Assembly (NCBI GenBank): GCA_030841085.1
Contig: JAVEDP010000007.1
Location: 15,129 to 79,128, forward strand
DNA length: 64,000 bases
Source: Pyrinomonadaceae bacterium
GTDB lineage: Bacteria; Acidobacteriota; Blastocatellia; Pyrinomonadales; Pyrinomonadaceae
Direction: 5' to 3'
Shown here: positions 30,222 through 40,299 of the stretch, piece by piece
Layout: each line of letters begins with the position of its first letter
Position numbering within the stretch: position 1 is the first letter of the stretch
Position numbers and translations under genes: made by a program
The notes under the pieces: model-generated
The model's input: the letters and a program-made list of their open reading frames with translations, nothing else
Databases searched by the model: none
What the model was told of the DNA's origin: nothing

Positions 30222-31601
30222 ATGGCAGACGAACCACACAACTTAGGACCGCTTCATCATTCGACCGCGCCGGTTGTCGCGCCGGGGCTGACGTTTGCCT
30301 CAGTCACCGACAAGATCAGTTCGATCGTTTTGAAGCGCAAGACACCGCTCTGGTGGTTCCTGGGTTTTGCGCTTTCGTTCATCTTGTTTCAGTTATTGCT
30401 GCTGACCATAACCAAGCTTGTCTTCGAAGGCATCGGACTTTGGGGGGTCAACGTTCCCGTCGCCTGGGGAATGGACATCCTCAACTTTGTCTGGTGGATC
30501 GGCATCGGCCACGCCGGCACTTTGATTTCCGCAATACTGTTGCTGTTGCGGCAAAAATGGCGCACCTCGATCAATCGGTTTGCGGAAGCGATGACTTTGT
30601 TCGCTGTCGCGCAGGCCGGCATGTATCCCATCATGCATCTCGGCCGGCCGTGGCTCGCGTATTGGTTGTTCCCCTATCCGAACACGATGGGCATCTGGCC
30701 GCAGTTTCGCAGTCCGCTGATGTGGGACGTGTTTGCAGTTTCGACTTACGCGACGGTGTCGGCGATGTTTTGGTTTGTCGGTTTGATTCCAGACTTTGCC
30801 ACCTTGCGGGATCGGGCGCGCAGCAAACCTTTTCAACTTTTGTACGGACTGCTGGCGATGGGTTGGCGCGGTTCCGCGCGTCACTGGCATCGCTACGAGA
30901 TGGCTTACTTGTTACTGGCAGGACTGGCGACGCCGCTGGTGCTTTCGGTGCACACGATCGTTAGTTTCGATTTTGCGGTCGGCATCATTCCGGGTTGGCA
31001 TGCGACGATCTTTCCGCCTTACTTCGTTGCCGGCGCGATTTATGCAGGCTTTGCGATGGTGCTGTTGCTGACGATTCCGTTGCGCAAACTCTACGGTCTC
31101 GAAAGTTTCATCACCATGCGCCACATGCACAACATGGCCAAGGTGATGCTGGCTACGGGTTTGATCGTCGGTTATGGCTATGTGATGGAAGCATTTTTCG
31201 GTTGGTACAGCGGCAATCATTACGAACGCTTCATGATCTGGAACCGCATGCATGGTCCATATTCCGGTTACTACTGGGCGCTGATTCTGTGCAACATCAT
31301 CACACCGCAGTTTCTTTGGATCAAAAAGCTGCGCTCAAACCTGCTGGTACTTTGGTTGCTTTCGCTGGTGGTGAGCATCGGCATGTGGCTGGAGCGCTTT
31401 GTGATTGTCGTGACCAGTTTGCACCGCGACTTTTTGCCTTCGTCCTGGGGCATGTATCAGCCGTCGACCTGGGATTGGACCATGTTCATCGGCACGATTG
31501 GTTTTTTCTTTACGTTGCTGTTCTTGTTCATACGGTTCCTGCCGATGATTTCGATTTTTGAGATGCGCACGATTTTGCCCGACGCGGAAGTGGAAGAATG
31601 A
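30222..31601 (+). CDS. actC: Alternative complex III NrfD-like quinol-oxidising subunit
   Basis: NFVWWIGIGHAGTLISA, HLGRPW, FRSPL.WD, WLERFVI. Confidence 0.95.
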   Translation: MADEPHNLGPLHHSTAPVVAPGLTFASVTDKISSIVLKRKTPLWWFLGFALSFILFQLLLLTITKLVFEGIGLWGVNVPVAWGMDILNFVWWIGIGHAGTLISAILLLLRQKWRTSINRFAEAMTLFAVAQAGMYPIMHLGRPWLAYWLFPYPNTMGIWPQFRSPLMWDVFAVSTYATVSAMFWFVGLIPDFATLRDRARSKPFQLLYGLLAMGWRGSARHWHRYEMAYLLLAGLATPLVLSVHTIVSFDFAVGIIPGWHATIFPPYFVAGAIYAGFAMVLLLTIPLRKLYGLESFITMRHMHNMAKVMLATGLIVGYGYVMEAFFGWYSGNHYERFMIWNRMHGPYSGYYWALILCNIITPQFLWIKKLRSNLLVLWLLSLVVSIGMWLERFVIVVTSLHRDFLPSSWGMYQPSTWDWTMFIGTIGFFFTLLFLFIRFLPMISIFEMRTILPDAEVEE

Positions 31602-31602
31602 T

Positions 31603-31725
31603 GTAAAGCAAACTGTTAGTTTGCGGTGGTGGGTTAGCATTCAGTTTGAAAAACAATGACTTGCACTGCATTTGGCATCAACGGTTGAGGAATATGATCC
31701 AACGCAAACTAACAGTTTGCTTTAC
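31603..31725. repeat. REP doublet (GTAAAGCAAACTGTTAGTTTGCG family) between actC and actD
   Basis: Near-perfect inverted arms. Confidence 0.92.
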
Positions 31726-31738
31726 AACGGATTGATCA

Positions 31739-32359
31739 ATGTCGGACGAGAAACGCGAAAGCTTTAGTGAGACTGAGCCGCACGAGGCAGACGAACTGCA
31801 CCTGTCTGTCTCCCGCCGGCATCGCACGGCCCCGGCGCTCTACGGCATCATGGGTGAATTCAACAATCCATCCGACCTGGTTGCGGCGGCGCGCCGCACT
31901 TATGAAGCGGGCTATCGCCGCATCAACGGTTATTCACCCTATCCGATCGAGGAGCTTTCGGAAGCCATCGGTTTCACGCGCACCAGTTTGCCTTTGATTG
32001 TTTTGATCGGCGGGATACTGGGCGGACTCGGCGGATTTTTCATGCAGTACTGGATGGAGGTTGTTGCCTATCCATTAAATGTAGGCGGCAAGCCGTACAA
32101 CAGTTGGCCGGCTTTCATTCCGATTACGTTCGAGTGCACGGTCCTGGTGGCGGCGTTTGCGGCGGTGCTCGGCATGCTGGTGCTGAACAAGCTGCCGCAG
32201 CCTTATCATCCGGTCTTCAATGCGCCGAATTTCGCACTGGCCACGCGCGACCGGTTCTTTTTGGTGATCGAGGCAAACGATCCACGTTTTAGTCACGATG
32301 AAACGAAGCAGTTTCTGAACACAGTTGGCGCGAAAAATGTTAGCGATGTGGAAATCTGA
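31739..32359 (+). CDS. actD: Alternative complex III subunit D (DUF3341)
   Basis: YSPYP, YPLNVGGKP..SWPAFIPITFE. Confidence 0.93.
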   Translation: MSDEKRESFSETEPHEADELHLSVSRRHRTAPALYGIMGEFNNPSDLVAAARRTYEAGYRRINGYSPYPIEELSEAIGFTRTSLPLIVLIGGILGGLGGFFMQYWMEVVAYPLNVGGKPYNSWPAFIPITFECTVLVAAFAAVLGMLVLNKLPQPYHPVFNAPNFALATRDRFFLVIEANDPRFSHDETKQFLNTVGAKNVSDVEI

Positions 32360-33143
32360 ACTAGTGTGCAGTGTGCAGTGTGCAGTGAGCAGCAAGGCGC
32401 GCAGGTCAATGTTGCGCGTGATGGGAAGTCTCCGCCTGCCCACTGCTCGTCCACTGCACACTTTCTTCATCTTGCTGCTCACTGCTCACTGCTCACTGCT
32501 CACTGTTGGTTGTAGGCGCGACATGCAGGACCAGCCGAAGATGAAACCATATCGTTCGACAGTTTTCTTCAAGGACGGACTTTCGTCGCGGCCGCTGGTT
32601 GAAGGAACCGTGCCGCGCGGCTTCCTGAAAACGGACACGGAGTTTTTCACCGGTAAGAAGCCGGGCAGAACGTCGGCCACGACTAATCCACAAACTGCGA
32701 CCGCACAACAGCCCGTTGTAACTGGCGCTAACGCCGCTAATCTGAACGGCGCGGCTGCTTATCCTGATGATGTCGAGCTTTTTCCTTTGCCGGTGACGAA
32801 GGAAGTTATTGAGCGAGGCAAACAGCGCTACGAAATTTTTTGCACGGTCTGTCATGGGCCAACCGGCAACGGTGACGGCATGATCGTGCGCCGAGGTTTC
32901 CGGCGCGCGGCTTCGTTTAATGACGACCGGCTGCGACAAGCGCCGGTGGGCCATTTCTTCGACGCCATCACCAATGGTTGGGGCGTCATGCCCGCGTACG
33001 CGCCGCAGATTCCGGCGCAGGATCGCTGGGCCATCATCGCGTACATTCGCGCGCTGCAATTAAGTCAGCAAACCCAACAGCCGCAACCAGCTGCTGCAGC
33101 GAGCGCGACGCCGGCAATTCAAAGCGGAGGGCAGCATCAATGA
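32346..33143 (+). CDS. actE: Alternative complex III monoheme cytochrome c lipoprotein
   Basis: Lipobox-like TVGC then RRDMQDQP, EGTVPRG, CTVCHG, MPAY, DRWAIIAY; start uncertain (32346 or 32409). Confidence 0.9.
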   Translation: MWKSELVCSVQCAVSSKARRSMLRVMGSLRLPTARPLHTFFILLLTAHCSLLTVGCRRDMQDQPKMKPYRSTVFFKDGLSSRPLVEGTVPRGFLKTDTEFFTGKKPGRTSATTNPQTATAQQPVVTGANAANLNGAAAYPDDVELFPLPVTKEVIERGKQRYEIFCTVCHGPTGNGDGMIVRRGFRRAASFNDDRLRQAPVGHFFDAITNGWGVMPAYAPQIPAQDRWAIIAYIRALQLSQQTQQPQPAAAASATPAIQSGGQHQ

Positions 33144-34345
33144 TGCACGTTTCCTACAATGCGCCCACCGAGTTGAAGCGCTTGCAGCAACGGGCGTTGC
33201 CGCTTGGCGCCGTGCTGTTCGCGATTTTGGTTGTAGGATTTTTCCTGGATCGCGGCCAGTTTTTCCGCTCCTATTTGTTTGCCTTCAGTTTTTGGGCCGG
33301 CATCTCGGTCGGCTCGTTGGCGCTCTTGATGCTGCAACATCTGACCGGCGGCGGTTGGGGATTCGTAATTCGACGCGTGCTCGAGGCCGCGACGCGAACA
33401 CTGCCGCTGATGCTGCTCTTGTTCCTGCCGATAATTGCCGGGGCGCATTGGCTCTACCCGTGGACGCATGCGGAGGAGATTGCCAAGAGTCCAGCGCTTG
33501 TCGAAAAGGCACGGCTTTATTTGAATCTGCAATTTTTTGTGGTGCGCGCGGCAATCTATTTCGCGATCTGGTTGGCGTTGGCCTTCTTCCTGAATCGCTG
33601 GTCGATATTACAAGACCGAACAGCGGACCCGTCGTTTTCGAAGCGCATGCGCGTGCTTAGCGGGCCGGGCTTCGTTTTGTTTGTTTTCACGGTAACGTTT
33701 GCTTCGATCGACTGGTTCATGTCACTCGATCCGGAATGGTCGTCAACGATATACGGATTCATTTTCGTGGCGTCGTGGGCGCTGAGCGCGCTCGCGTTTG
33801 TGATCGCGGCGCTGGCTCTGCTGACAAAATATGATCCATTGAAGACTGTCGTTGCGCCACTTCATTTTCACGATTTGGGCAAACTGCTGCTGGCGCTGGT
33901 GATGCTTTGGTCCTATTTCGCGTTTTCGCAATTTCTGATTATCTGGTCGGGAAATTTGCCTGAAGAGATTCGCTGGTACTTGCCGCGCATAAAGGGAGCG
34001 TGGGGCGCGATCGCGCTGGCGGTCGTAGTGCTCCACTTTGCATTTCCCTTTCTGTTCCTGCTGTCGCGCTCGTTGAAACGCAACCCGCACAAGCTGGTGC
34101 TGGTAGCGGGATTGATTCTTGTGATGCGTTTGTTAGATCTGTTGTGGATGATTACGCCGAACTTTACCGGCGAACATTTCCACATTAGCTGGATGGAGAT
34201 CGTCGCGCCGCTCGGGATGGGCGGACTTTGGCTCGCGTTTTTTGGCTGGCAGTTGAGCAAGCGGCCACTGGTAGCCATTAACGATCCGCAGTTTGAAAGC
34301 GTGCTGGAGCAGGGACACTCGCATGAGGCACACTCAGTTGTATGA
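33140..34345 (+). CDS. actF: Alternative complex III membrane subunit F
   Basis: QHLTGGGWG, DWFMSLDPEWSSTIYG, HDLGKL, QFLIIWSGNLPEE. Confidence 0.92.
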   Translation: MMHVSYNAPTELKRLQQRALPLGAVLFAILVVGFFLDRGQFFRSYLFAFSFWAGISVGSLALLMLQHLTGGGWGFVIRRVLEAATRTLPLMLLLFLPIIAGAHWLYPWTHAEEIAKSPALVEKARLYLNLQFFVVRAAIYFAIWLALAFFLNRWSILQDRTADPSFSKRMRVLSGPGFVLFVFTVTFASIDWFMSLDPEWSSTIYGFIFVASWALSALAFVIAALALLTKYDPLKTVVAPLHFHDLGKLLLALVMLWSYFAFSQFLIIWSGNLPEEIRWYLPRIKGAWGAIALAVVVLHFAFPFLFLLSRSLKRNPHKLVLVAGLILVMRLLDLLWMITPNFTGEHFHISWMEIVAPLGMGGLWLAFFGWQLSKRPLVAINDPQFESVLEQGHSHEAHSVV

Positions 34346-34941
34346 CTAGAAACGAACACCAGGGAAACGGTCATGGGCACGTTACCGAAACGCCGGACGT
34401 GTCGCACATCAAGAACATTGACGTCACGCATGAAGCGAGCGACGTCAACGTCGGCGGAATCGTGAAGTTTGTCATCGGCCTGACTGTCTTTGCGATTGTA
34501 GTCCAGGTTTTGATGTGGGGCATGTTCCGCTTTCTCAATTCGCAGGAAGAAGGAAAAGAACCGTCTCTTGGCCCAATGGCGATGACTGAGCAGGAGCGAC
34601 GACCGCCAGATCCGAAACTGCAATCCGCGCCGGGGTTCGGTGTGAAACTCGAGAACGGACAATGGGTGCCCCTCGAAAATCGTGAGCCGCAGGCTGAATA
34701 CCGCGCGCTGCGCCAGCAATGGCAGAGCCAGCTCGATTGCGCGCCTGAGGGGACTTCCGAAGTTCGCACCCCCGGAGCCTGCACGCCAATCGATCAAGCT
34801 ATGCAGAAAGTCCTTGAGGGAAAGGGTCTGCCTTCGCGACCTCAAGCGGAAACGAATCAGGGTGGTCCAACGGAAGACTACGGCATCGATATGCCGACAG
34901 CAGCAAGCTCAGGTCGCATGACGGAGAAGAGAAGGCAATGA
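34342..34941 (+). CDS. Single-TM protein of the act operon (ActG-like)
   Basis: HE.SDV + TM + PPDPKLQ..P + PIDQAM pattern; position after actF. Confidence 0.7.
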   Translation: MTRNEHQGNGHGHVTETPDVSHIKNIDVTHEASDVNVGGIVKFVIGLTVFAIVVQVLMWGMFRFLNSQEEGKEPSLGPMAMTEQERRPPDPKLQSAPGFGVKLENGQWVPLENREPQAEYRALRQQWQSQLDCAPEGTSEVRTPGACTPIDQAMQKVLEGKGLPSRPQAETNQGGPTEDYGIDMPTAASSGRMTEKRRQ

Positions 34942-35927
34942 AAACAGACGGCAGACGGCAGACGGCGGACGGCAGTCCGCAGACAGCAGTCGGCAGGAAA
35001 ATCCGTGGCTGCGTTGAAGCTGCGTCGCGGCTCTTCGGGCTGGGGATTTTCTTTTCCTGCTCCTGCCTCCTGCTGCTGCCGACTGACGCTTCCGCTCAGT
35101 TCAGTCAGACGCAGGGCAATTCGCCGCTCTATAGCTCGCGACCTTATCAGCCGCGCGCGCCCGTCGGTTTGCCGAAAGCTTTGAATGGCGTGGGCATCGA
35201 TCAGAAATTGAATGAACAACTGCCGCTCGATCTGGTCTTGAAAAATGAGAACGGCGAAAGCGTAAAGCTGGGCGATTATTTTGGCAAAAAGCCGGTAGTG
35301 ATTTCATTGGTTTATTACCAGTGCCCAATGCTTTGCAATCAGATCCTTAACGGCATGGTCACGGCTTTTCGGGTGATGTCGTTTGCACCCGGCAAAGAGT
35401 TCGATGTCGTAACGATCAGTTTCGATCCGCGCGAGACGCCGGAGCTCGCTGCTGCCAAGAAGAAGACTTATGTTGAGTATTTGCCCGAAGACAAACGCGC
35501 GTCTGCTGTCGCCGGCTGGCACTTTCTGACCGCCGACGAAGCCAGCATCGCTCGCATCACCAGCGCCGTTGGTTTTCGTTATCACTGGGATGACGCGACG
35601 AACCAGTTTGCGCACGCCAGCGCGATTTACGTGGCCACGCCCGGAGGTAAACTTGCGCGCTACTTTTATGGAATTGAATATGCCCCGCGCGACCTCCGTC
35701 TGGGATTGATCGAGGCAGCTGAAAATAAGATTGGATCGCCGGTGGACCAGTTGCTGCTCTATTGTTATCACTACGATCCGGCCACCGGAAAATATGGCGC
35801 GGCGGTGATGAACATGATGCGTGTTGGCGGTGTCCTTACTTTGATTGCGCTGGCGATATTGTTGTTGGCGTTGCGCCGTCGCAGTCGCGCACAGGTAGCG
35901 TGGCGTGCGCGGCAGGCCGGAACTTAA
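34938..35927 (+). CDS. SCO/SenC copper chaperone
   Basis: VGIDQKL, YYQCPMLC, FAHAS, C-terminal TM. Confidence 0.92.
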   Translation: MKTDGRRQTADGSPQTAVGRKIRGCVEAASRLFGLGIFFSCSCLLLLPTDASAQFSQTQGNSPLYSSRPYQPRAPVGLPKALNGVGIDQKLNEQLPLDLVLKNENGESVKLGDYFGKKPVVISLVYYQCPMLCNQILNGMVTAFRVMSFAPGKEFDVVTISFDPRETPELAAAKKKTYVEYLPEDKRASAVAGWHFLTADEASIARITSAVGFRYHWDDATNQFAHASAIYVATPGGKLARYFYGIEYAPRDLRLGLIEAAENKIGSPVDQLLLYCYHYDPATGKYGAAVMNMMRVGGVLTLIALAILLLALRRRSRAQVAWRARQAGT

Positions 35928-35928
35928 A

Positions 35929-35984
35929 GTGGCATAGACTTCAGTCTGTGTTGCGTGAGAAGCACAGACAAAAGTCTATGCCAC
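35929..35984. repeat. REP doublet (GTGGCATAGACTTCAGTCTGTG)
   Basis: Inverted arms directly after the SCO stop. Confidence 0.88.
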
Positions 35985-36055
35985 ATTCGAGGGCTTAGCT
36001 TAAGAACTTCAGATTCAAGGATTACATTTTGTTTCGACTGGGCTTGATTTGAAGT

Positions 36056-36148
36056 CTCTGTGCGTCCTTTGTGTCCTTTGTGCCTCCGTGGTGGGTTCCT
36101 TCATACTTTCCATCACAGAGACGCAGAGGACACAAAGGACGCACAGAG
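36056..36148. repeat. Inverted element with 9-nt units (TCCTTTGTG / CACAAAGGA)
   Basis: CTCTGTGCGTCCTTTGTGTCCT ... AGGACACAAAGGACGCACAGAG. Confidence 0.88.
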
Positions 36149-36199
36149 AAAAGCGAAACCAGATCGAACCGAACCGCGGGCACTAAACGAAGACGCAAT

Positions 36200-37219
36200 A
36201 TGCAGACATCCTGGATTCCATTTATTCCGGAAAGCGCTTCCACTGTTTCCAGCAAGGTGGACGCGCTCTACTTCTATCTTTCCGGCGTGACACTGTTTTT
36301 TACCCTGCTTATTTCCGGCACCATTATCTTTTTCGTTATCAAGTACCGCCGCCGTAGTCCGTTTGAGATTCCGCAGCCGATTGCGGGTTCACACAAACTG
36401 GAAACGATGTGGTCGGTTATTCCTTTCATCATTGCGATGAGCATGTTTGCCTGGGGCGCGCAGATCTATTTCGAAAATTCGCGGCCGCCAAAGAATGCCA
36501 ACGAAATTTACGTCGTCGGCAAGCAATGGATGTGGAAGATTCAACACTCAACCGGCCAGCGCGAGATCAATGAACTGCACGTGCCAGTGGGCCGCAAGAT
36601 CAAGTTGATCATGACCGCCGAAGATACGATTCACGACTTTTTCATTCCCGCGTTTCGCATTAAGGCCGACGTCTTGCCGGGCAAATACACTACGCAATGG
36701 TTCGAAGCGACCAAGGCCGGCACGTATCATCTTTTCTGCGCGGAATACTGCGGCATGAACCACTCGGGCATGATTGGTTCAGTAATTGTGATGCAACCTT
36801 CCGAGTTTGATAACTGGCTGAGCGGCAACGCGGGACAACAATCGCCGGCCGTTGCCGGGCAACAACTTTATCAATCGCTTGGCTGTATCACCTGTCATGG
36901 CGCGAATGGCGAAGGCGGGCGCGGTCCGGGGCTGGTCGGATTGTTCGGCCGCAAAGTAGACCTGACCAATGGACAATCGCTGACGGCGGATGAATCGTAT
37001 GTGCGCGAGTCGATCGAAAATCCGCAGGCCAAGATTGTTATGGGTTTTGGTCCAATCATGCCGACATTTCAGGGACAAGTGACACCCGAACAGTTGATTC
37101 AATTGATGTCGTTTATTAAGTCGTTACAAGTTACGGGCGCGCCTGCGGCGACCGCGCCGAGTCCGAAGTCAGCGCCGACGCCGGCGTCCGCGCCAACGGC
37201 GGCGCCAAATCGTCAGTAG
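36200..37219 (+). CDS. coxB: Cytochrome c oxidase subunit II with fused cytochrome c (caa3 type)
   Basis: KQWMW, CuA ligands H...[11 protein letters not shown]-terminal CITCH. Confidence 0.96.
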   Translation: MQTSWIPFIPESASTVSSKVDALYFYLSGVTLFFTLLISGTIIFFVIKYRRRSPFEIPQPIAGSHKLETMWSVIPFIIAMSMFAWGAQIYFENSRPPKNANEIYVVGKQWMWKIQHSTGQREINELHVPVGRKIKLIMTAEDTIHDFFIPAFRIKADVLPGKYTTQWFEATKAGTYHLFCAEYCGMNHSGMIGSVIVMQPSEFDNWLSGNAGQQSPAVAGQQLYQSLGCITCHGANGEGGRGPGLVGLFGRKVDLTNGQSLTADESYVRESIENPQAKIVMGFGPIMPTFQGQVTPEQLIQLMSFIKSLQVTGAPAATAPSPKSAPTPASAPTAAPNRQ

Positions 37220-37230
37220 CATTTGTGATT

Positions 37231-38913
37231 ATGAAAGCGATCGAAACATTTCAATTACCCAGCGCGGCGAAGGTTAACTACATCAACGCCGAGTATGGCC
37301 TGAAGTCCTGGCTGCTGACGAAGGACCATAAACGAATTGCGCTTTTATATCTCGGCTCGATCTCGTTTTTCTTTTTCCTCGGCGGACTCTACGCGATGTT
37401 CATCCGGCTTGAGCTGTTAACGCCGCAAGGCGACTTGCTCTCGTCCGCAACCTACAACAAGGTCTTCACTCAGCACGGAATCATAATGGTCTTTTTCTTT
37501 TTGATTCCGTCGATACCGGCGACGCTGGGAAATTTTTTGGTGCCTATGATGATTGGCGCCAAGGACCTGGCGTTTCCCCGCATCAACCTGCTCAGTTGGT
37601 ACATCTATCTGCTCGGCGGCTTTATTACGATTTATGCATTGCTCGCCGGCGGCGTCGACACGGGCTGGACTTTTTACGCGCCGTACAGCACGACTTTTTC
37701 CAACTCGTATGTAATTGCCGCGGGTTTGGGGATTTTTGTCAGCGGCTTTTCGTCAATTCTGACTGGCCTGAACTTCATCGTCACTATCCATACGATGCGT
37801 GCGCCCGGCATGACCTGGTTCCGTCTGCCGTTGTTCATCTGGGCACACTATGCCACATCGCTCGTGATGGTGTTGGGAACGCCGGTGATTGCAATCACGA
37901 TTTTGCTGCTGGCGTTCGAACGGTTGGCCCATGTGGGAATTTTCGATCCGGCAGCCGGTGGCGATCCGGTGCTGTTCCAGCACTTGTTCTGGTTTTACTC
38001 GCATCCTGCGGTGTACATCATGGTGCTGCCCAGCATGGGCGTGGTCAGTGAATTGATCGCCAACTTTTCGCGCAAAAATGTTTTTGGGTACAAGTTTGTA
38101 GCGTTCTCGAGTCTGGCGATCGCGGTCTTTGGTTTTCTGGTTTGGGGTCATCACTTATTTGTCGCCAGCCAGTCGGTCTACGCGGGAATGATCTTTTCGT
38201 TTCTGAGTTTCGCAGTCGCGATTCCTTCAGCGATCAAAGTCTTCAACTGGACGGCTACGCTCTACAAGGGTTCGATCTCTTATGACACGCCGATGCTTTA
38301 CGCGCTCGGTTTTATCGGCCTGTTCACTATCGGCGGCATGACCGGATTGTTTCTCGCGTCGCTAGCCGTTGATGTTCACGTCAGCGATACGTATTTCATC
38401 GTGGCGCACTTCCACTACATCATGGTTGGTGGCGCCCTGTTTGGTTACCTCGGCGGCTTGCATTATTGGTGGCCCAAAATCAGTGGCCGCATGTATCCGG
38501 AGGGTTGGGGCAGATTCTCGGCGCTGGTAATCTTCGTCGGTTTCAATCTGACGTTCATGCCGCAGTTTATTGCGGGTTACCTGGGTATGCCGCGCCGCTA
38601 TCACGCTTATCCGCCCGAGTTTCAAGTCTTCAATGTGTTGTCGTCAGCGGGCGCGTCGATATTGGGTTTCGGACTTTTGATACCGGCGATTTATCTGGTG
38701 TGGTCCATGCGTTATGGCAAACACGCGGAAGCAAACCCCTGGCATTTGCCGGGGTTGGAGTGGCGCACCGCTTCGCCGCCGCCCACAGAAAATTTTTTGG
38801 TAACGCCGGTAGTCACTTGGGAAGCGTACGAGTTTGCGCCGCCTGAAGAGATGCAGGTGGTAGGGAAGTTAAAAGGCGAAGGGTTGGAAGTGGCGGATGT
38901 GAGTGAGAAGTAG
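37231..38913 (+). CDS. coxA: Cytochrome c oxidase subunit I, type A2
   Basis: [19 protein letters not shown] (YS motif of A2), WGHH, AHFHY, GMPRRY. Confidence 0.98.
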   Translation: MKAIETFQLPSAAKVNYINAEYGLKSWLLTKDHKRIALLYLGSISFFFFLGGLYAMFIRLELLTPQGDLLSSATYNKVFTQHGIIMVFFFLIPSIPATLGNFLVPMMIGAKDLAFPRINLLSWYIYLLGGFITIYALLAGGVDTGWTFYAPYSTTFSNSYVIAAGLGIFVSGFSSILTGLNFIVTIHTMRAPGMTWFRLPLFIWAHYATSLVMVLGTPVIAITILLLAFERLAHVGIFDPAAGGDPVLFQHLFWFYSHPAVYIMVLPSMGVVSELIANFSRKNVFGYKFVAFSSLAIAVFGFLVWGHHLFVASQSVYAGMIFSFLSFAVAIPSAIKVFNWTATLYKGSISYDTPMLYALGFIGLFTIGGMTGLFLASLAVDVHVSDTYFIVAHFHYIMVGGALFGYLGGLHYWWPKISGRMYPEGWGRFSALVIFVGFNLTFMPQFIAGYLGMPRRYHAYPPEFQVFNVLSSAGASILGFGLLIPAIYLVWSMRYGKHAEANPWHLPGLEWRTASPPPTENFLVTPVVTWEAYEFAPPEEMQVVGKLKGEGLEVADVSEK

Positions 38914-38990
38914 AAGGCAGTAGGCAGTAGGCAGAAGGCAGAGAGAAACAGCGAACCTGCTTGAAACTTGTAACTTGAAACTTGAAACTG
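38909..38990. repeat. Heptamer arrays (GGCAGTA-like) and (GAAACTT), non-complementary pair
   Basis: Between the coxA stop and the coxC start. Confidence 0.88.
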
Positions 38991-38997
38991 GATAGAG

Positions 38998-39714
38998 ATG
39001 GCAGACAGCGTCGCAATTAAACACGAGGCAAGCCACCCGGCTTTGCAGCATCACTTTGAGAACCTCGAGCAACAGCGCGAGGCGGCCTCGCTGGGCATGT
39101 GGGTTTTTCTGGTCACCGAGATCATGTTTTTCGGTGGGATGTTTTTTGCCTACACGCTTTATCGCACTAAGTATCCCGCTGCTTTCGCTTCCGCCAGCAA
39201 TCATCTTTCACTGCCGCTCGGAGCAATCAATACGGCCGTGCTGATCTTCAGCAGTTTTACGATGGCGATGGCGGTGTACAGCGCGCAAACAGGGAAGCGC
39301 CGCAATCAGGTTGTGTGTTTGGCATTGACGATTCTGCTGGGCGTGACATTTCTGGGAATTAAGGCGGTCGAATACCACGACAAATACGTCGACCATTTGA
39401 TTCCAGGAAGATTGATACCCGGCCGTCCATTTAGCGCCAGCGACGTTCATCTGTTGCCTGGAGCGGCGCCGCAAAATGTCGAGATGTTCTACTGGATCTA
39501 TTTCGCAATGACCGGCATGCATGCCGTGCATATGATCATTGGAGTGGGACTGCTGTCGGTGATCCTATTTTTCGCAGCGCGCGGCAAGTATGGACCGGAA
39601 TATCATAACCCGGTTGAAATTTCCGGACTGTACTGGCACTTCGTCGATATCATTTGGATCTTTTTGTTTCCGCTGCTGTACCTGCTGGGCCGGCACCTTG
39701 AACACGGGGGATAG
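38998..39714 (+). CDS. coxC: Cytochrome c oxidase subunit III
   Basis: GMWVFLVTEIMFF, TGMHAVH, GLYWHFVDIIW. Confidence 0.96.
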   Translation: MADSVAIKHEASHPALQHHFENLEQQREAASLGMWVFLVTEIMFFGGMFFAYTLYRTKYPAAFASASNHLSLPLGAINTAVLIFSSFTMAMAVYSAQTGKRRNQVVCLALTILLGVTFLGIKAVEYHDKYVDHLIPGRLIPGRPFSASDVHLLPGAAPQNVEMFYWIYFAMTGMHAVHMIIGVGLLSVILFFAARGKYGPEYHNPVEISGLYWHFVDIIWIFLFPLLYLLGRHLEHGG

Positions 39715-39750
39715 GTGAGGTGAAATTGGGAAGCGAGAAAGAAAAGCAAG

Positions 39751-39885
39751 ATTTACCATTTGCCATTTGCCATTTCTCATTTTTCATTTCGGTTTATGTG
39801 CGCACGTTCCCGCAGTTATAAAAAGTGGACACCAACAACAAATGAAAAATGGCAAATGGAAAATGGCAAATGGCAAATGGTAAAT
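39751..39885. repeat. Inverted heptamer array pair (ATTTGCC / GGCAAAT)
   Basis: About 6 units per arm between coxC and subunit IV. Confidence 0.93.
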
Positions 39886-39917
39886 CGTTCTTAGCGTTCG
39901 ATCGGTAAATACTTCTA

Positions 39918-40205
39918 ATGAGCGAACATATCGTTTCACTCAAAATCTACCTAAGCATTTTTCTTGCCTTGCTGGTCGGCACGGCCTTGACCGTCTGGGC
40001 CGGCCTGCACGATTTCCCTGGACAGTTGAATGTGATTATTGCTTTGACGATCGCGGTAGTAAAAGCGACGCTGGTCGTGCTTTATTTCATGCACGTTCGT
40101 TATAGCTCGCGGCTGATTTGGGTTGTCTTTACCTCGGCGTTGTTTTGGCTGGCTATTCTCTTCGCGCTCACTTTGAGCGACTATTGGACCAGAAGCTGGC
40201 TCTAG
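39918..40205 (+). CDS. Cytochrome c oxidase subunit IV (caa3 type)
   Basis: IAVVKATLVVLYFMH motif, 3 TM. Confidence 0.9.
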   Translation: MSEHIVSLKIYLSIFLALLVGTALTVWAGLHDFPGQLNVIIALTIAVVKATLVVLYFMHVRYSSRLIWVVFTSALFWLAILFALTLSDYWTRSWL

Positions 40206-40299
40206 TCGTTCAACTCCCCACCGAAAACCTGTCCCAGTATAGCGATCCCCCGTCGCTGCTGTGCAGTTCCGCCCTTCATCGGTATAATCACCGTTTCCT

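Noticed and set aside
25785..40205. ACIII-caa3 operon as a novel system
   Set aside because: This is a well-described architecture; only its repeat-derived parts are unusual.
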